A stretch of 58,034 bases of DNA, filler included, from Bipalium vagum (lineage: Eukaryota): assembly GCA_037834085.1 (NCBI GenBank). It is 3 parts of 3 records of this genome, joined end to end, with 100 filler letters (N's around TTAATTAATTAA, not from the genome) between each part and the next. Parts side by side here need not be neighbours in the genome. Positions count along the whole stretch, not along the records: positions 1 to 20,285 come from JBBMKC010256401.1; 2 more parts are not named here. One strand, written 5' to 3'. The first letter of the stretch is position 1. Each line of letters opens with the position of its first letter. The notes beneath the pieces are model-generated. The model saw only the letters and a list, made by a program, of their open reading frames with translations, had not been told where the DNA came from and searched no databases. The position numbers and the translations under genes are program-made. Shown here piece after piece: positions 1-12,300 of the stretch.

Positions 1-169
1 TATTATTCCTATTAACTTTATCAATATTGAAATGACTTTTCTGAATGAATATTGAAAATATTAGGTGTATTTTTATGATTCCTGCTTTATTTATAATATA
101 AAAAACCTTTTTAAAAAGTTTTATTTAATAATATTTAATCAAAATATCTTACATTTACAGATATGACAT

Positions 170-706
170 TGGACCATCTTTAGGGCAACGAATGATTTCT
201 ACGAAAAAATCTAATTCTTTTGAAGAAATCCAACTATCAGAAATTTTTGAAGGTCCTCATCTGAACCGAACCTCTTCATACAAAGTCCGGATAGCATCGA
301 GAGGAACAAATGGTAATCAGAAGGAGTAACAATCGAGTGAATACGGTGGGTGATGTAAGACTTCCCAGTTTGCTCCTTCTAAGTAATTATTTATGGTAAA
401 ATGAACATGTTTTCTGGCGTTATAGTGTAGTAAAATTATCTTATCATATCTCTCTGCCCATTCTGACCTTTTCTATTTCCTAGCTCGCTTTAAACGAATT
501 AAATAGAATTGATAACGTTCACCAGTCATCATTTCTGATAGTTCCATCAGTTCATAATAAATCAGACCTTTTTGATCCCGGGAGGAGCATATTTGTCGCA
601 CATGTCTACCAACAAGTGATGTTTTTTTTGTACAGGTTTCATATGCAAAACATAATCGCAACACTTCTTTCCGCAGATGAAGTTTATTTGGAATAAAATT
701 GACCAT
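170..706 (-). mobile_element. Decayed mariner transposase fragment (C-terminal half)
   Basis: Minus-strand translations DQKGLIYYELM..TGERYQ..LIRLKRA (ORF 473-706) and WEVLHHPPYSLD (~332-367) match mariner WDQKGVIYYELL and HPPYSPD motifs; frameshifted. Confidence 0.8.
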
Positions 707-1019
707 TAGAGAATTTCCCTATTATTTAAAGAAAATCAATTTAAATAAACCAATGTTCTTATTGAATTATTAATATATGATCTTACAAATAAAATGATAC
801 CAATTTAATTTATTCATTGAACCAAAAATTTTAACTCGTTTTTCTTAACTAATAATAATTTACGTGGCAAGGATAAAGAGTACTTTAACCAACAGAAATG
901 TTAAAGATACTTAAATAAATTTTTACATGAAAAATCATTATTTTACAGAAGTATGAAATATACGATTAGTTTAAATATTCTCTTTTTGGTTTGCAGTGGG
1001 TTAGATTAACTCAAATAAA

Positions 1020-1960
1020 TTGTCTAAAATGTGGAATTTTTCAGTGTGATCCATTTTAGTTCTCAAGGAATCAGGCAAGAAAAAATTATTAATCAACCTG
1101 AAGAGGTATTCGGTGATGAAACCACATCTCAAGCGACATTGTGAAATTAGATCCGAGAATTATTATCTAGTTGAACTAGTGATTTCTATTCGATCAAAAG
1201 CAGAAGACTTATCTTAATTAGTGAAGAAATTACAAGAAAATTGTAAAAAGGAAAATTACTCCGCTATCAGATAGGCTAAATGTACCGCCAAAGTGTTCAC
1301 GAGTAAATGTGAATTAGAAAGTTATGTAGGACGTTATTGTCGAAATTTTTAACGTCTGAAATGATTTTTAGACGAAAAAGTCCTTCGTTTTCTGGTTTTG
1401 GTAATTTAATCAAATAGTTTATCGAATGTAATAATTACAGAGGGGTCATTAAGTCTCTATCTTCCTTATTCTAATATAGAGTAAAAGAAATGGATTTTTC
1501 AAAAATGAGAAGTCATTCAAAATCTTGCTTTTCGAAATTTTGCAACGTAAATGTGCCAAAAAAAATATCTTTAGGGGTAGAAATGACATGTTGAAGCTAT
1601 ATTTTATTTAAGAAATCTTAAATCCAGATTACTCAGTAATCTCATATTGGAAACGCGAACAACCCAACACAAGTCACGTATCTAGAACCTCTCTTGGTTC
1701 CATGATAACGCAACCATTCACATATCCATGAAAATGTAACACACATTAAAAAAAAGTGAATTTATGTAGCTGATATATCTTTCGCACAGTTCAGATCTTG
1801 CACCAAATTAATTTTGGTTGTTCAGTCATCAGTCATGTTTTAAAGAATGATATGAAGGATAACGTGACAAAATTCTTTGAAATGTGATTTACTGACATGG
1901 TCAGCGGTGAAAAATGCGTTGATTTTAATGCGCTCTTTTCGAGAAATAAGGCCTATAAAT
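1020..1960 (+). mobile_element. Highly decayed mariner relic
   Basis: VFGDETTSQAT (N-terminal HTH, ~1107), HDNA (~1701) and SSDLAPN*FWLF (~1790) occur in mariner order. Confidence 0.6.
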
Positions 1961-2192
1961 GTAAAAGTATTGTTTTAAAAACTTTTGAGCTGATTTCGAT
2001 ATTTTCTGCAGATTCTACATACTTTTTAGCCTTACCACGTATATAATACAAAGATAAAACAAATATTTTGTAATTTAATGATTAAAGGCATTAAAAAGTT
2101 TTACTTGAGAAGATAACAAAATTTATTTCTTTAGAATTTAATGAAAATCTTTTTTGGTTGATAAACTGTAAAAATTTATTATGAAAATTTGT

Positions 2193-2350
2193 ATCATGTT
2201 TTTTTGACCGAAATGACTATCAAGTCTCTTTTTTGACTGGTCTGTTGCATCAAGTCTCTTTTTTGACTGGTCTGTTGCATCAAGTCTCTTTTTTGACTGA
2301 TCAATCGTATCAAATATGTTTTTTGACCGAGTCAGTAAAAAAAACATGAT
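2193..2350. repeat. 30-bp minisatellite (~5 units) closed by an inverted partial unit
   Basis: Unit caagtctcttttttgactggtctgttgcat is exact at 2221 and 2251 and degenerate at 2191, 2281 and 2311; atcatgttttttt (2193) and aaaaaaacatgat (2338-2350) form a 13-bp inverted repeat. Confidence 0.9.
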
Positions 2351-3169
2351 CCGAAAACTCTTCTAATATTCCAAACTAAGTATTGAAATTAAATTATATA
2401 AATATCAAATAAAATATTAAATAATATTAAAAATAATTAAAAATATTTAATATATTTTTTATTTTTTTCATTCTTTTGTTTATTGAAAAAAAATTAAAAA
2501 TACATTAAAAAATATTAATAAATAAATAATTAAATATGCGGGAATATGTGTAACAGAAGTAAGGTATGTAATAACTATTTTCTTGGGATTATTATTATTT
2601 TATAAAATTATAATACATTTACATTAAAAGAATGTCAGCATTTTCTTTTAAATGATATTTAGAAAACAAATGGGTGTTACAGTCTAACATTTCTGTGACA
2701 TTGCAATTATTACCCATTAATTGCTTTTATTTTACTTTCACTAATCTGCAAAAAATTTTAATAATTAATGAATTAGAAATGTATAAGTACTGCGCAACTA
2801 ATTATATATATTATTTTATATAAGCACTTTTTATGTTTCATGTTTATAAATTTATCTCTCTGAAATTTATTTTCCTCAAAGGAATTTTAACGTAGTAATA
2901 AATATAGCTTAATATATAAATATTTATAATATATAATATTTTTGTAAATAAATATACATTTAAAAAATAAAAATAAACAAAACATTATTTTTTTTCCTAC
3001 CACTAATAAAAATAATGAAGAATATAGGATCCATGTTTTCTGATTATTTAAAAATTCTTATAAAAATGAGTACGTAAAAATTAATTTAAATAATTTTATT
3101 AATTTGTCTTTACAAGTAGCAAACAGGCATTTTAGAATTAGGACCTTTTTACCTTTTAAACCTAAATAT

Positions 3170-3430
3170 AATCAAAGCCATGTAACTAAATACGAGATTT
3201 GGGTATTTGAAATTGCAGCTACCAGCCTTGAACCATCAAAAATATATTTATAGGTAGTTGAAAACAGAAAAGCAGACACTCTACTACCATTAGTTAAAAA
3301 TGTATACCGATGGGGTACAATTATTATAATAGAAAGATTATAATGATATTGAAAAAGTTGAAAGTCAACCATTTATTATATTTTGTATACTCAAAACACA
3401 TGAGAATATACAAACAATATATTATTAATT
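3170..3430 (+). mobile_element. Merlin (IS1016/ISXO2-like) transposase relic
   Basis: EIWVFEIAATSLEPSKIYL*VVENRKADTLLPLVKNVYRWGTII then KVNHLLYFV resembles Merlin WVFG..VVENRSAETLLPII..PGSII..TVNHS. Confidence 0.7.
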
Positions 3431-3719
3431 TATTATTATCATTAATTAATTTTCTTTATTGGTGGAAAAATCAGGAAAAGATTTTTATTGGGGGGGGGAA
3501 AACAGAAAAGATAATTGTTAGGGGGAAATGTAAAAGATCCTAGAAATATTATCAATTTCAAAAAATGGATAGTGAAATATAGAAATTTTTTAAAATTCGA
3601 TTTATAAAAAAGCGCATAGCAAAAATTAAATGATATAAAGGTTTATAATTTCAAAAAAATCACGGAAGAATTTTTCTGGAAATTCTTTTGTCAATTTTGA
3701 CATTAATGGTATCAAAAAT

Positions 3720-4330
3720 GTTCCAAATCTTCAATAGAGATCGTTCAAGTTTAAATGACAACATTCTCACGGGTGATGAAACGTGGATTTATTCGTACTA
3801 CCCTGAAAGTAATTAATTAATTTATTGGAATGAGATCTTTCTGTTCGACAGGAATAGTCAAAGTAGTCAATTTGGAAAAGGGAGAGAAGATCACATGAGA
3901 TTTGTATACGAACATTTCAAGTTATCGCGGTCATCTTCAAAAGATAACAAATATCTGGTGTAAAGTGGATAATTTTGTACAATGATAATGCTCGACCACA
4001 TAAGGCTAAACGTACGACCGAATACTTGAGTATAAGTAATGAGTTGCTTCCACATCCACCTTACGGTCCAGATCTAGCTTCCTGTTACTTTTGGCTTTTC
4101 AAAAATCAGAAAAAAACTTACGGGGCAAAGAATGTGCAACAGAATAGTTGCATAATGCTCTTCATCCTTCTTTGATACAATTCCTTCTCAGGACTGACAC
4201 AAAGTCTACCTTAAATTTGAGGACAGAGTGGATTGCTGTATTTGAACTTAGGGGGATTACTTTTAAAGATTTTTGTGTAAAATTTTTAATACATTTGTTG
4301 ATTTCATTTTGAAGCTTAAGACTTTTCATT
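3720..4330 (+). mobile_element. Decayed mariner (DD34D) transposase fragment
   Basis: ILTGDETWIYSY (~3763), YNDNARPH, LLPHPPYGPDLASCYFWLF (ORF 3975-4175) and GDYF near the end. Confidence 0.88.
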
Positions 4331-7300
4331 AAAGATTTCTTTAATTAATATTTTGGAAAAGATATGTTTAAATAAAAAAATTTTAAAACTTAATTGGAGA
4401 CCCAATACATTTGTGATAAAAGAAATAGTCTTAACTTAAAAAAATATTTTTAAAATTTTTAACTTTGTCTATTTTTTACTTTTTTTTAAACTTAAGATTC
4501 ATAATCTTTTTCATCTATACTTTTTTTTATAAATGCATAAGTATTTCATGTTTACATTTATATATTTTGTAATTTCATTTTCACACAATTCAAAAAACAC
4601 TTTAATATTTTAAATTTTATTTGTTTTAATAATCTTTTTCACTTCGATTATAAAATAATTGAAAAAATTCAAAATTTATTTTAACTCTTTATTTTATTAA
4701 ATATTTTATTCAGAGTCATTTTTAATTGATTTAAAAACGTTATCACCAATATTATCATTTTTGATAATAATTTAATAAAATATTTATTCACTGAATAAAT
4801 AAAATAAATAATGAAATTTTTTCCCCAAATTATCAAATAAAATAATCTAATTTAAATTTAAAAGAATTTTATATTTAAATATTTTTTAAAAAATGAAAAC
4901 CTGGTATTAATTAAGTTGAAAATTATAATAAATTATAATTTTATATAAAATAATTAAATATAAAATAAATATACAAAAAAGATTTTTACCTAAGACATAA
5001 TTGAAATTCATAGTGGCATCGGGAGATTGCAATTTTTCGAATAAATTGTATAACCTAAAAAATAGTAGTTAAAAAATGAGCAATTTTAATTGGTGTGACT
5101 AACTGAAGAGAAATAAAAATTAAGATAATTAAGAAATAAAAAACTCAGTTACTGGAGCCAACTATTAATAAAAAGTATAATTAATTAAAATTCAAGTAAC
5201 TCTTAAATGACGGCAAATTAAAATTAAAAATATAAAATTAATTACGCCAACAATTGTATTATAGAAATGGCATCAGAAAAAGATAAATAAACGCAAAAAC
5301 TAATTTAAATATGAGACCAAAACGTATAAGTTACCTTTCAAAATTTTATGTTTTAGTTTAGTATTACAACTGAAATTAAATTTGATAAAACAAAAATTGT
5401 TAAAGTTCATTACAACTCATTATTAAGTAATAATATATAATAAAGCTAAATGAATTATTATACATACAATAAGTAAATAATTTTAAAACACAGAACGTGA
5501 AAATAATGTCTTGTTTTTGTTTTGTTTAATTCACCACTTCTATACTTTCTTCTATTTCTTTTCTTTTCTGGCAACCGCGGCCTGGTTAACTAGTCATACA
5601 ACTCGTTATTTTACTTCAGGGCATTTACACTATTACTGGTGTAGTTTGATATATTTTTATAATTTAAATTGTCATTTTAATTCAAATTGAATTTATTGTA
5701 TTGGTACGTTGTAAAACTGAATAGATTGTAAATTGAAATGAAAGAAATAAACATTATAAAAATAGTTGTTATCGTTATTTATTGTTTAATAAATTCTATT
5801 GTGATCAGTACAATACTTTCAAATTCATTATTTCAAATCAAAATTGCAATATAAGCTACCGATACTCAAAACCTTAACACTTAATTACAACGATTTTTTC
5901 TCAGTTTTAAATAATATTTAATTTTTATTCGTTTAAGCACTGAGAAAATTTTTTATATTTAAAAAAATTATGCATAATTAAAAAAATTAAAAAAATTTTC
6001 ATATATTACCTATGAAAAATAATTGAATATTCAAAAATTACTAGCACACTTGTTAACCAAAGGTTTAATGTATTAAATAATATATTTTATAATTTTTATT
6101 ACATTCATCTTTTTATAATTCAAAATGATTTATAATTATTATGAAGAAAAATAATAAAATGAAGTTATAACATATATCATTATAAACAAAATTAATAAAA
6201 ATAATTTTTTTAAAAAAATAAATATTTTTCCTTTTGTAAATTCTTACAAAATGTTACTTTATCTTCCTTAAATTCAAAATGTCCAAAATTAAGTTATTAA
6301 TATGTAAAAAAAATAAATAAAAATAAAAATAAAGCATTATTTCGGTATTCTTATTAAAAATCTAATTTTTTTAGTACTGTGGACCAAAATGGTTACATAA
6401 TTTAAAATAAAAATATTAATTATTTAATCATAATAGTAAAATTAAAGCAAAAGAAAAAATAGCATATTTTAGAAAATTAAAAAAATCTCTTTGGTTGATT
6501 ATATTTTTTATTACTTTTTTTATTTAAATGAAATAAAATCGTTACGATTTGAGCAAATCATCTCTGTGTCTATTTAGGTGAGAAGCAAAATTATTGAATA
6601 TCATTTTTATCCAATACTTTGTTTTAATGAAGCATAATAGTTGTAAAAAATTTAATAACTTTCAGCAACTCTCAACAGAAGCCGTTTATAACACAACATA
6701 AAATAACATAATTAGTGTGAAAATCGATTAAAGAACAATTTTGCTATGGGAGTTTTCAAATTGACAGGTCATATATAATCATATTTATTTTATTTATATT
6801 ATCCTAAACTCACTTGTGCATAAATCATTTTCAAAATTAAATTCTTGAGTTGGTAAATAGTGTAATATTATTCATTTACAACTGTTTCAATTTTTCTATT
6901 TCTTTTAATTTTAATTTTGAATTTAAAAATAAATAACTATCAAATTTAATAAAAAAAATAAATAATTATTTTTTTATAAATTTGAAATTTTAAAATTTTT
7001 TTAAAGGTTTACTAAATTATAAATACACAAAATTTTAGTATTAAAAATTTCTGTATACATACATTAATATTTTAAAATGTATATATATGGTAAAAGTCAG
7101 GACAGAAACTGTCAGAATTTTAATTTGTGAATATATTATGTGGTCATATTTTTCGACGTATTCAACATATATATTATAATTACGAAATATCAGAAAGGCC
7201 GTAAAACTGGATTAATATAGACACTAAAAAATTTTCTTTTTAAATTAATAAAAAATATATAAAAGAGAAATATATAAGCAAAAAGTTTCAATTGATAATT

Positions 7301-7649
7301 TTACTTATTTCTCAAATTTTATCGCATCGTAAATTTTACTGATGTAAAATTTTTGATTAAATTTTTAAATAAAATTTATTTTTGGAATTTGTATTATTGG
7401 TGTATATTTATTTTGTATAATTATGATTTTATTATTTAAAATTAAATTGTTTCATCACTTGATTTTACATAGCTGTCAAGGTGATTAATACATATTTTCA
7501 CTTTTGTTTAAATATTTCAAAGTATTAAACAATAATTTATTATACTGTTAAAAACATTTAAATTAATTGAGTCTTCATTTGAAGACAACAAAATATTATT
7601 TAAATAGGTAAATGAAATGATATGAAATAATATTTTATTTAAATTTTTT

Positions 7650-8300
7650 GGTCTAATCAATCTGGAAAATTTGACACTCCTTCGATATTATTGGAATTAA
7701 GATTTCAGTGCAAGTGCAATAACTGAAAAACATGTGAGGTCGCAAGTCAAGATGTTATGTCCGCTCATGTATTCCAAATGTGGTTCAAAAAATTAATAAG
7801 GTGAGAATAATTTTCAGGATCAACCACGTTCCGGTAGACCTATCGAAATGAATTGTGAAAAGTTACTCAAGTCAGTTTAATGGAATCTATTGACTACCAG
7901 TCTAAGATTGTCTGTTAAATCTAATGTATCTCAGAGGACAATTGTCCACATCTGAAAGCTATCAGTAAAGTCAACCAACGCTATAAGGAAGTGTCTCCTG
8001 ATTTAATAAAAAAACAGGCAAGGACATTAAAGTATGCACTAAACAGCTTGAAAAATCCTCGTGATGACAGTTTTTTTCTCCAAATTGTTACTTCAGATGA
8101 AAAATTGATTTACCTTAACAATCCTAAAAGAAGTTCTCAAATGAGATGCTATTACATATATATTTGGTTGAATTTCGAAGACATTATCCACAATAAATTA
8201 ATTCCGAACAAGACATTAGAAGCAGACTTCTATTTTGCACAATAAGATCAAATTTACGAGAAGATGCAGCAGAAATACCCATCACTGGTCAATATATTTT
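7650..8300 (+). mobile_element. Decayed mariner, N-terminal portion
   Basis: WFKK..DQPRSGRP (~7780-7842) and IVTSDEKLIYLNNPKR (ORF 7991-8245). Confidence 0.82.
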
Positions 8301-9523
8301 AGTTAAACAGAAGCAGTGAAGTATTAAATGTTAAAATATATCTTGAAACATTTTTTGTTACATATTCTAGAATTTTTATTAATTAGTTGTTGTACTACAG
8401 TTACGTTTTCCATTAATTGCATATGACAGTTGCAAATTGGTCGATTTACTTGTCGTTTTTCCCTTATTTATTAATAAAAATGAAATCTCTCCAAATTTTG
8501 ACTCGATAAGCAAAGAAACACTCCCATCAGAAGGTTATTTAAAAGATTTTTTAAAATTAAGCCTTATTACATTAAAAAATGTTCTTTAAAGTATAATATT
8601 TATTTTTATTATTTCAGTAACATTTTACTAAATATCGAAATTAAAGTTTACCTTCTATGATTTACTAACTCTAATTTATACTAAAATTTGAAAAATCAAA
8701 CAAATTTATATGGCTTGATTCTAAATTTTACACCTTTATGAAAGAAATTTTAAAAAGTTGTTTTAAAAATATATAAATTTTATTTTATTTTGTAAACATC
8801 GTTTTTTAATTTTAAATTTTAGTCAAAATAAAGCAAAAATATATCTTTAAAAAATATTAGAAAATCTAATGAAAAATTTTGTTATTATTATAGAATAAAG
8901 CGTTCAGGAATTTAGGATGTCTTCACTCAATTTTCCAAAGGAAATCAGAAGAAAATTAGATAAAAATAAGATAACCATTTTTGACCAATGATAATTTGAA
9001 ATCGACACCAAAGAATATTAACTCTTAAGAAATTGATTACAGATTAAAAGAATGAGTAGACTTGGTCGAAATGAATGGTGGAATTTTTTAAGGATGCTAT
9101 ATTACAAACAAAATTATTAAAAAAAACTCTGACATTAGTGGTAATGTATAAATTCTCGCATAACTCAGAAAAGGTTTTTAAGACTACAAATGCAAAATGA
9201 TAATATGTCATAATTAGGGCCCCCAAAAAATTGACCTAAAATTCATTGAAATTGACCTAACGTTTTGACTTATTAATTACTAAAAATTTACCTATAAACT
9301 GTAAAATTTTGACTTTAGTGCCCTTATAAATTATAATTCAAAAAAATCAAAAGAAAATTAAATATGAACAGTATTTATTTATTCACTGCTCATATTACAT
9401 GATTCATAACAATTTTTTGAAGTATTGTAACTTAACAAAAAGTTCATCTTAATATTTTCCATTTTGAAATTCCGATTGCTTCTACAGGGTTTTCAACATA
9501 ATTTAATCTTAATAAAGTTTGTC

Positions 9524-10810
9524 TTAATCATTGTAAAAATAATTTTTCAAACAAGAAAAGCTTCTTTCTACCTCTGATGTTGTGCTTTGACATTTTCTCA
9601 ATAAAACATATTCTCGTGGTGATATTTCAGGCCTGGAACAATTTATGATATTTTGCATTTCCTTATTATCAAGTCTTTTTGCCATATATTCCCTAATTTG
9701 ACATGGATCGATACCGAAATTCAAATTTTGAATAGCTTGAAATGCCTCATCCATGGAATACTTTGAACTTTCAAGTTTACTAATACAAAATGCTAATTGA
9801 GAGTAGAATTCTTGAATTTCAACCAATGAATTATTATAGTTGTTACATTGAATTGCTAATTTTGACTGTTTTACTAATATTCCTTCGCCTGTCCAATTTT
9901 CTATAATTTTTTTAACATCCGGCAAGTTACTAGAGTAGAACAAAATTGCTTTTAGCCAACTGGCCAATCTTGTAATAATTGTTTCTGGTGGATATCCAAT
10001 ACTTGCGAAATCATTCAATCTCGTTTTTTTTCAACGTTGCGCTTCAAGCTTTTGAGATCAAATAATAGACATTTTCGTAAAACAATCTAATTCGCATAGC
10101 ACAATTATGGATTAAGTGCGCTATACAAGTTACATGGAAAAGTTTTGGATAAAGTACATCTAATGTTTTACTTGCACCAGTCATATACCGATCTGCATCA
10201 CTTATAAATAAAATAAAATTTCCTCTATTAATTCCTAAAAGATTAATTGTATCTTCAATTATATTTATCATAATTTGAGTATCAGTTGCTATTGAAAGAG
10301 AGATGCAATCAACCAAATAAGATTTTTCAGGCATGTCCAATAACCCAATTAGAACATTAACAATTTTTTTACCTGATAAATCGGATTCATCAATAATCGT
10401 GAAAACTTCCTTGTCTTCAACTAAATTCTTCATTTTTATAACATCTTCATCATATAATTCAGGAATAATAGTTCTACACCATTGCTCACTTGGAATTGAT
10501 TTTCCAATCGAAGTGAATAGGTTTCGAGTGCTTTCAAGCCTTAATTTCCACAGTGGAATATCTGCATAAACGAAAACCCACAAGATTTCTTTTTTAAATT
10601 TGTCTTTTAGGATTTGCAAAAATTTTTGAATTATAGCTTTTGATATTGATTTCATTGCATTTTTGTGCTTTGCCGAATTCTGATGACTTTCAATGAATAA
10701 TAACTTCGAATAAAACAATATATTTTATTTTCAGTTTTCATGAATTCTGAGCTTAATTTTTTAACAATTTCTTGTACTTTCATAAAATCTGATTTAGCAT
10801 TTTTAGGAAT
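9524..10810 (-). pseudogene. hAT transposase pseudogene (split ORFs)
   Basis: IIDES (D1), FISDADRYM (D2), HVTCIAH (CxxH), TRLASW (TRW-like) and TTSEVERSFS (catalytic E); frame break between 10044 and 10018. Confidence 0.85.
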
Positions 10811-10837
10811 TTTTTAAAGTTAAAATATTTTGTGATA

Positions 10838-11586
10838 TTAGGATGTCTAATAAATTCGTGCCGTTTTTTTCGATATCGTTTTGAATGACATTAGATGCAT
10901 ATATTATTAATTTAATTTAATATTTAAATAGACAGATAACGAGTTTGTTATTTATTAATAGTTGTTTTAACTCATTAGTTTTTAATTTAGTTTTACATGA
11001 AATTCAAAGTGGATATCCAATTCAATAAAAATGAACATCTCCGACACCTTCTTCTATACAAGTTTAATTGCAATGTTAATGCAACCCAAGCTGCCCGAAA
11101 CATAAATGCCGTGTACGGAGAAGGTACCATGTGTTGTCTGGCAGCACGAAAATGGTTTTCTAAATTTAAGAAAGGCGATTTTAGCCTTAACGATGCTCCT
11201 CGTTCCGGACGTCTATCTCATTTCAGTGAAGAGTGTCTCAGCTCAGAGAATAGAGGGCGTAATTGCTGAAAAGAAATTTTACCATAACGGCCGCAATTTA
11301 TGTGCAACAATTAAAACGTGTTTTTACCTGTTTTGAGCAATAGCAAACGATCTCTGTGGTGTGACATTCGATAGTGATGAAGACGTCCGGATTTGGCTCG
11401 AAAAGTGGTTTGGCTCAAAAGATTAAGCTTTCTATAGATATGGAATCGAGAAGTTACCTAAACGATGGGAAACAGTCATTAACAATAAAGGCGAATACAT
11501 AACTGATTGATTTTTATGTAATGTACATATTTTATAAATAAAAATTTTGCATTTTAAAAACGGCACGAATTTATTAGACAACCTAA
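10838..11586 (+). mobile_element. Internally deleted mariner (749 bp) nested in the hAT element
   Basis: 31-bp TIRs with 1 mismatch (ttaggatgtctaataaattcgtgccgttttt / aaaaacggcacgaatttattagacaacctaa); TA flanks at 10836-37 and 11587-88; HTH ORF 10997-11269 (HLRHLLLYKF..WFSKFKKGDFSLNDAPRSGR) and C-terminus GIEKLPKRWETVINNKGEY; catalytic core deleted. Confidence 0.95.
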
Positions 11587-11799
11587 TATTATTAAACAAT
11601 AATTTTGATTTTATATTGACTTTATTGACTTTTTAACTTTTTGGAAAATTTTAACTTTAAGTTATTATTTTGACGGTAAATTTTATTTTACTTTATTGAC
11701 TTTTGTGGGTCATAGTCATAATATTGCATTATGAATTTGTAGCGGTAAAAGTTTTGAAAGTATGTGTTAATTACATTGGTTTTCTTTCAGATTTTAATG

Positions 11800-12300
11800 A
11801 AAAACTGCTAGGGAAAAATAAGTCATTTGTCATTTGAAAATCAAAAAAATAGCATTTGACATTTTGTAAATATTATTCCAACGACAATTAATGGATGACT
11901 GAAAGAAAATTTAACTTATGGTTAATGGAGTTTGACACGAAGTTGCAGAAAGAATTTAGAACAAAATTACTTTCGAAAATGTCTAACTGTCAAAATAATA
12001 AAATTACGAATTCATCGAAATTTAATGAAATTCTGTTATTCTCTAAGAATACGAGACTTACACCACTGGATTCTGGAATTACAAAATTTTTAAAATTAAA
12101 ATATTATCATAATTTTCTCTTATATAATGTCAATAAAATAACACATGCAAATCGTGATCAATCAATGTTTAAAGAAATTATTATAAAAGATTCTATTATT
12201 TATTCTATTCTATTATCTACCGTTGTAAAGATATTTATCGATCAACAATTGCAATGGGTTGGACGAAAACAGGACTTGTAAAACCCAGTCATACTATTTC
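11800..12300 (+). mobile_element. pogo/Tigger DDE transposase relic
   Basis: WMTERKFNLWL..FD and PLDSGITKFLKLKY match pogo WMT..F..WL and QPLDQGII..FK..Y motifs. Confidence 0.75.

Larger units (their letters stand above)
9215..11714 (-). mobile_element. hAT-superfamily DNA transposon with both ends and 8-bp TSD, disrupted transposase
   Basis: TSD gtcataat at 9207-9214 and 11715-11722; imperfect TIR tagggcccccaaaa vs tatgacccacaaaa (11/14); repeated subterminal ttgac(c/t)t motifs; hAT transposase motifs in ORFs 10044-10718 and 9524-10018. Confidence 0.9.

Noticed and set aside
2193-2350. CRISPR-like array
   Set aside because: Contiguous 30-bp units with identical 'spacers', eukaryotic context and no cas genes.
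11240-11325. Apparent foreign filler DNA inside the nested mariner
   Set aside because: It translates as LLKRNFTITAAIYVQQLKRV, ordinary mariner sequence left between two deletions.
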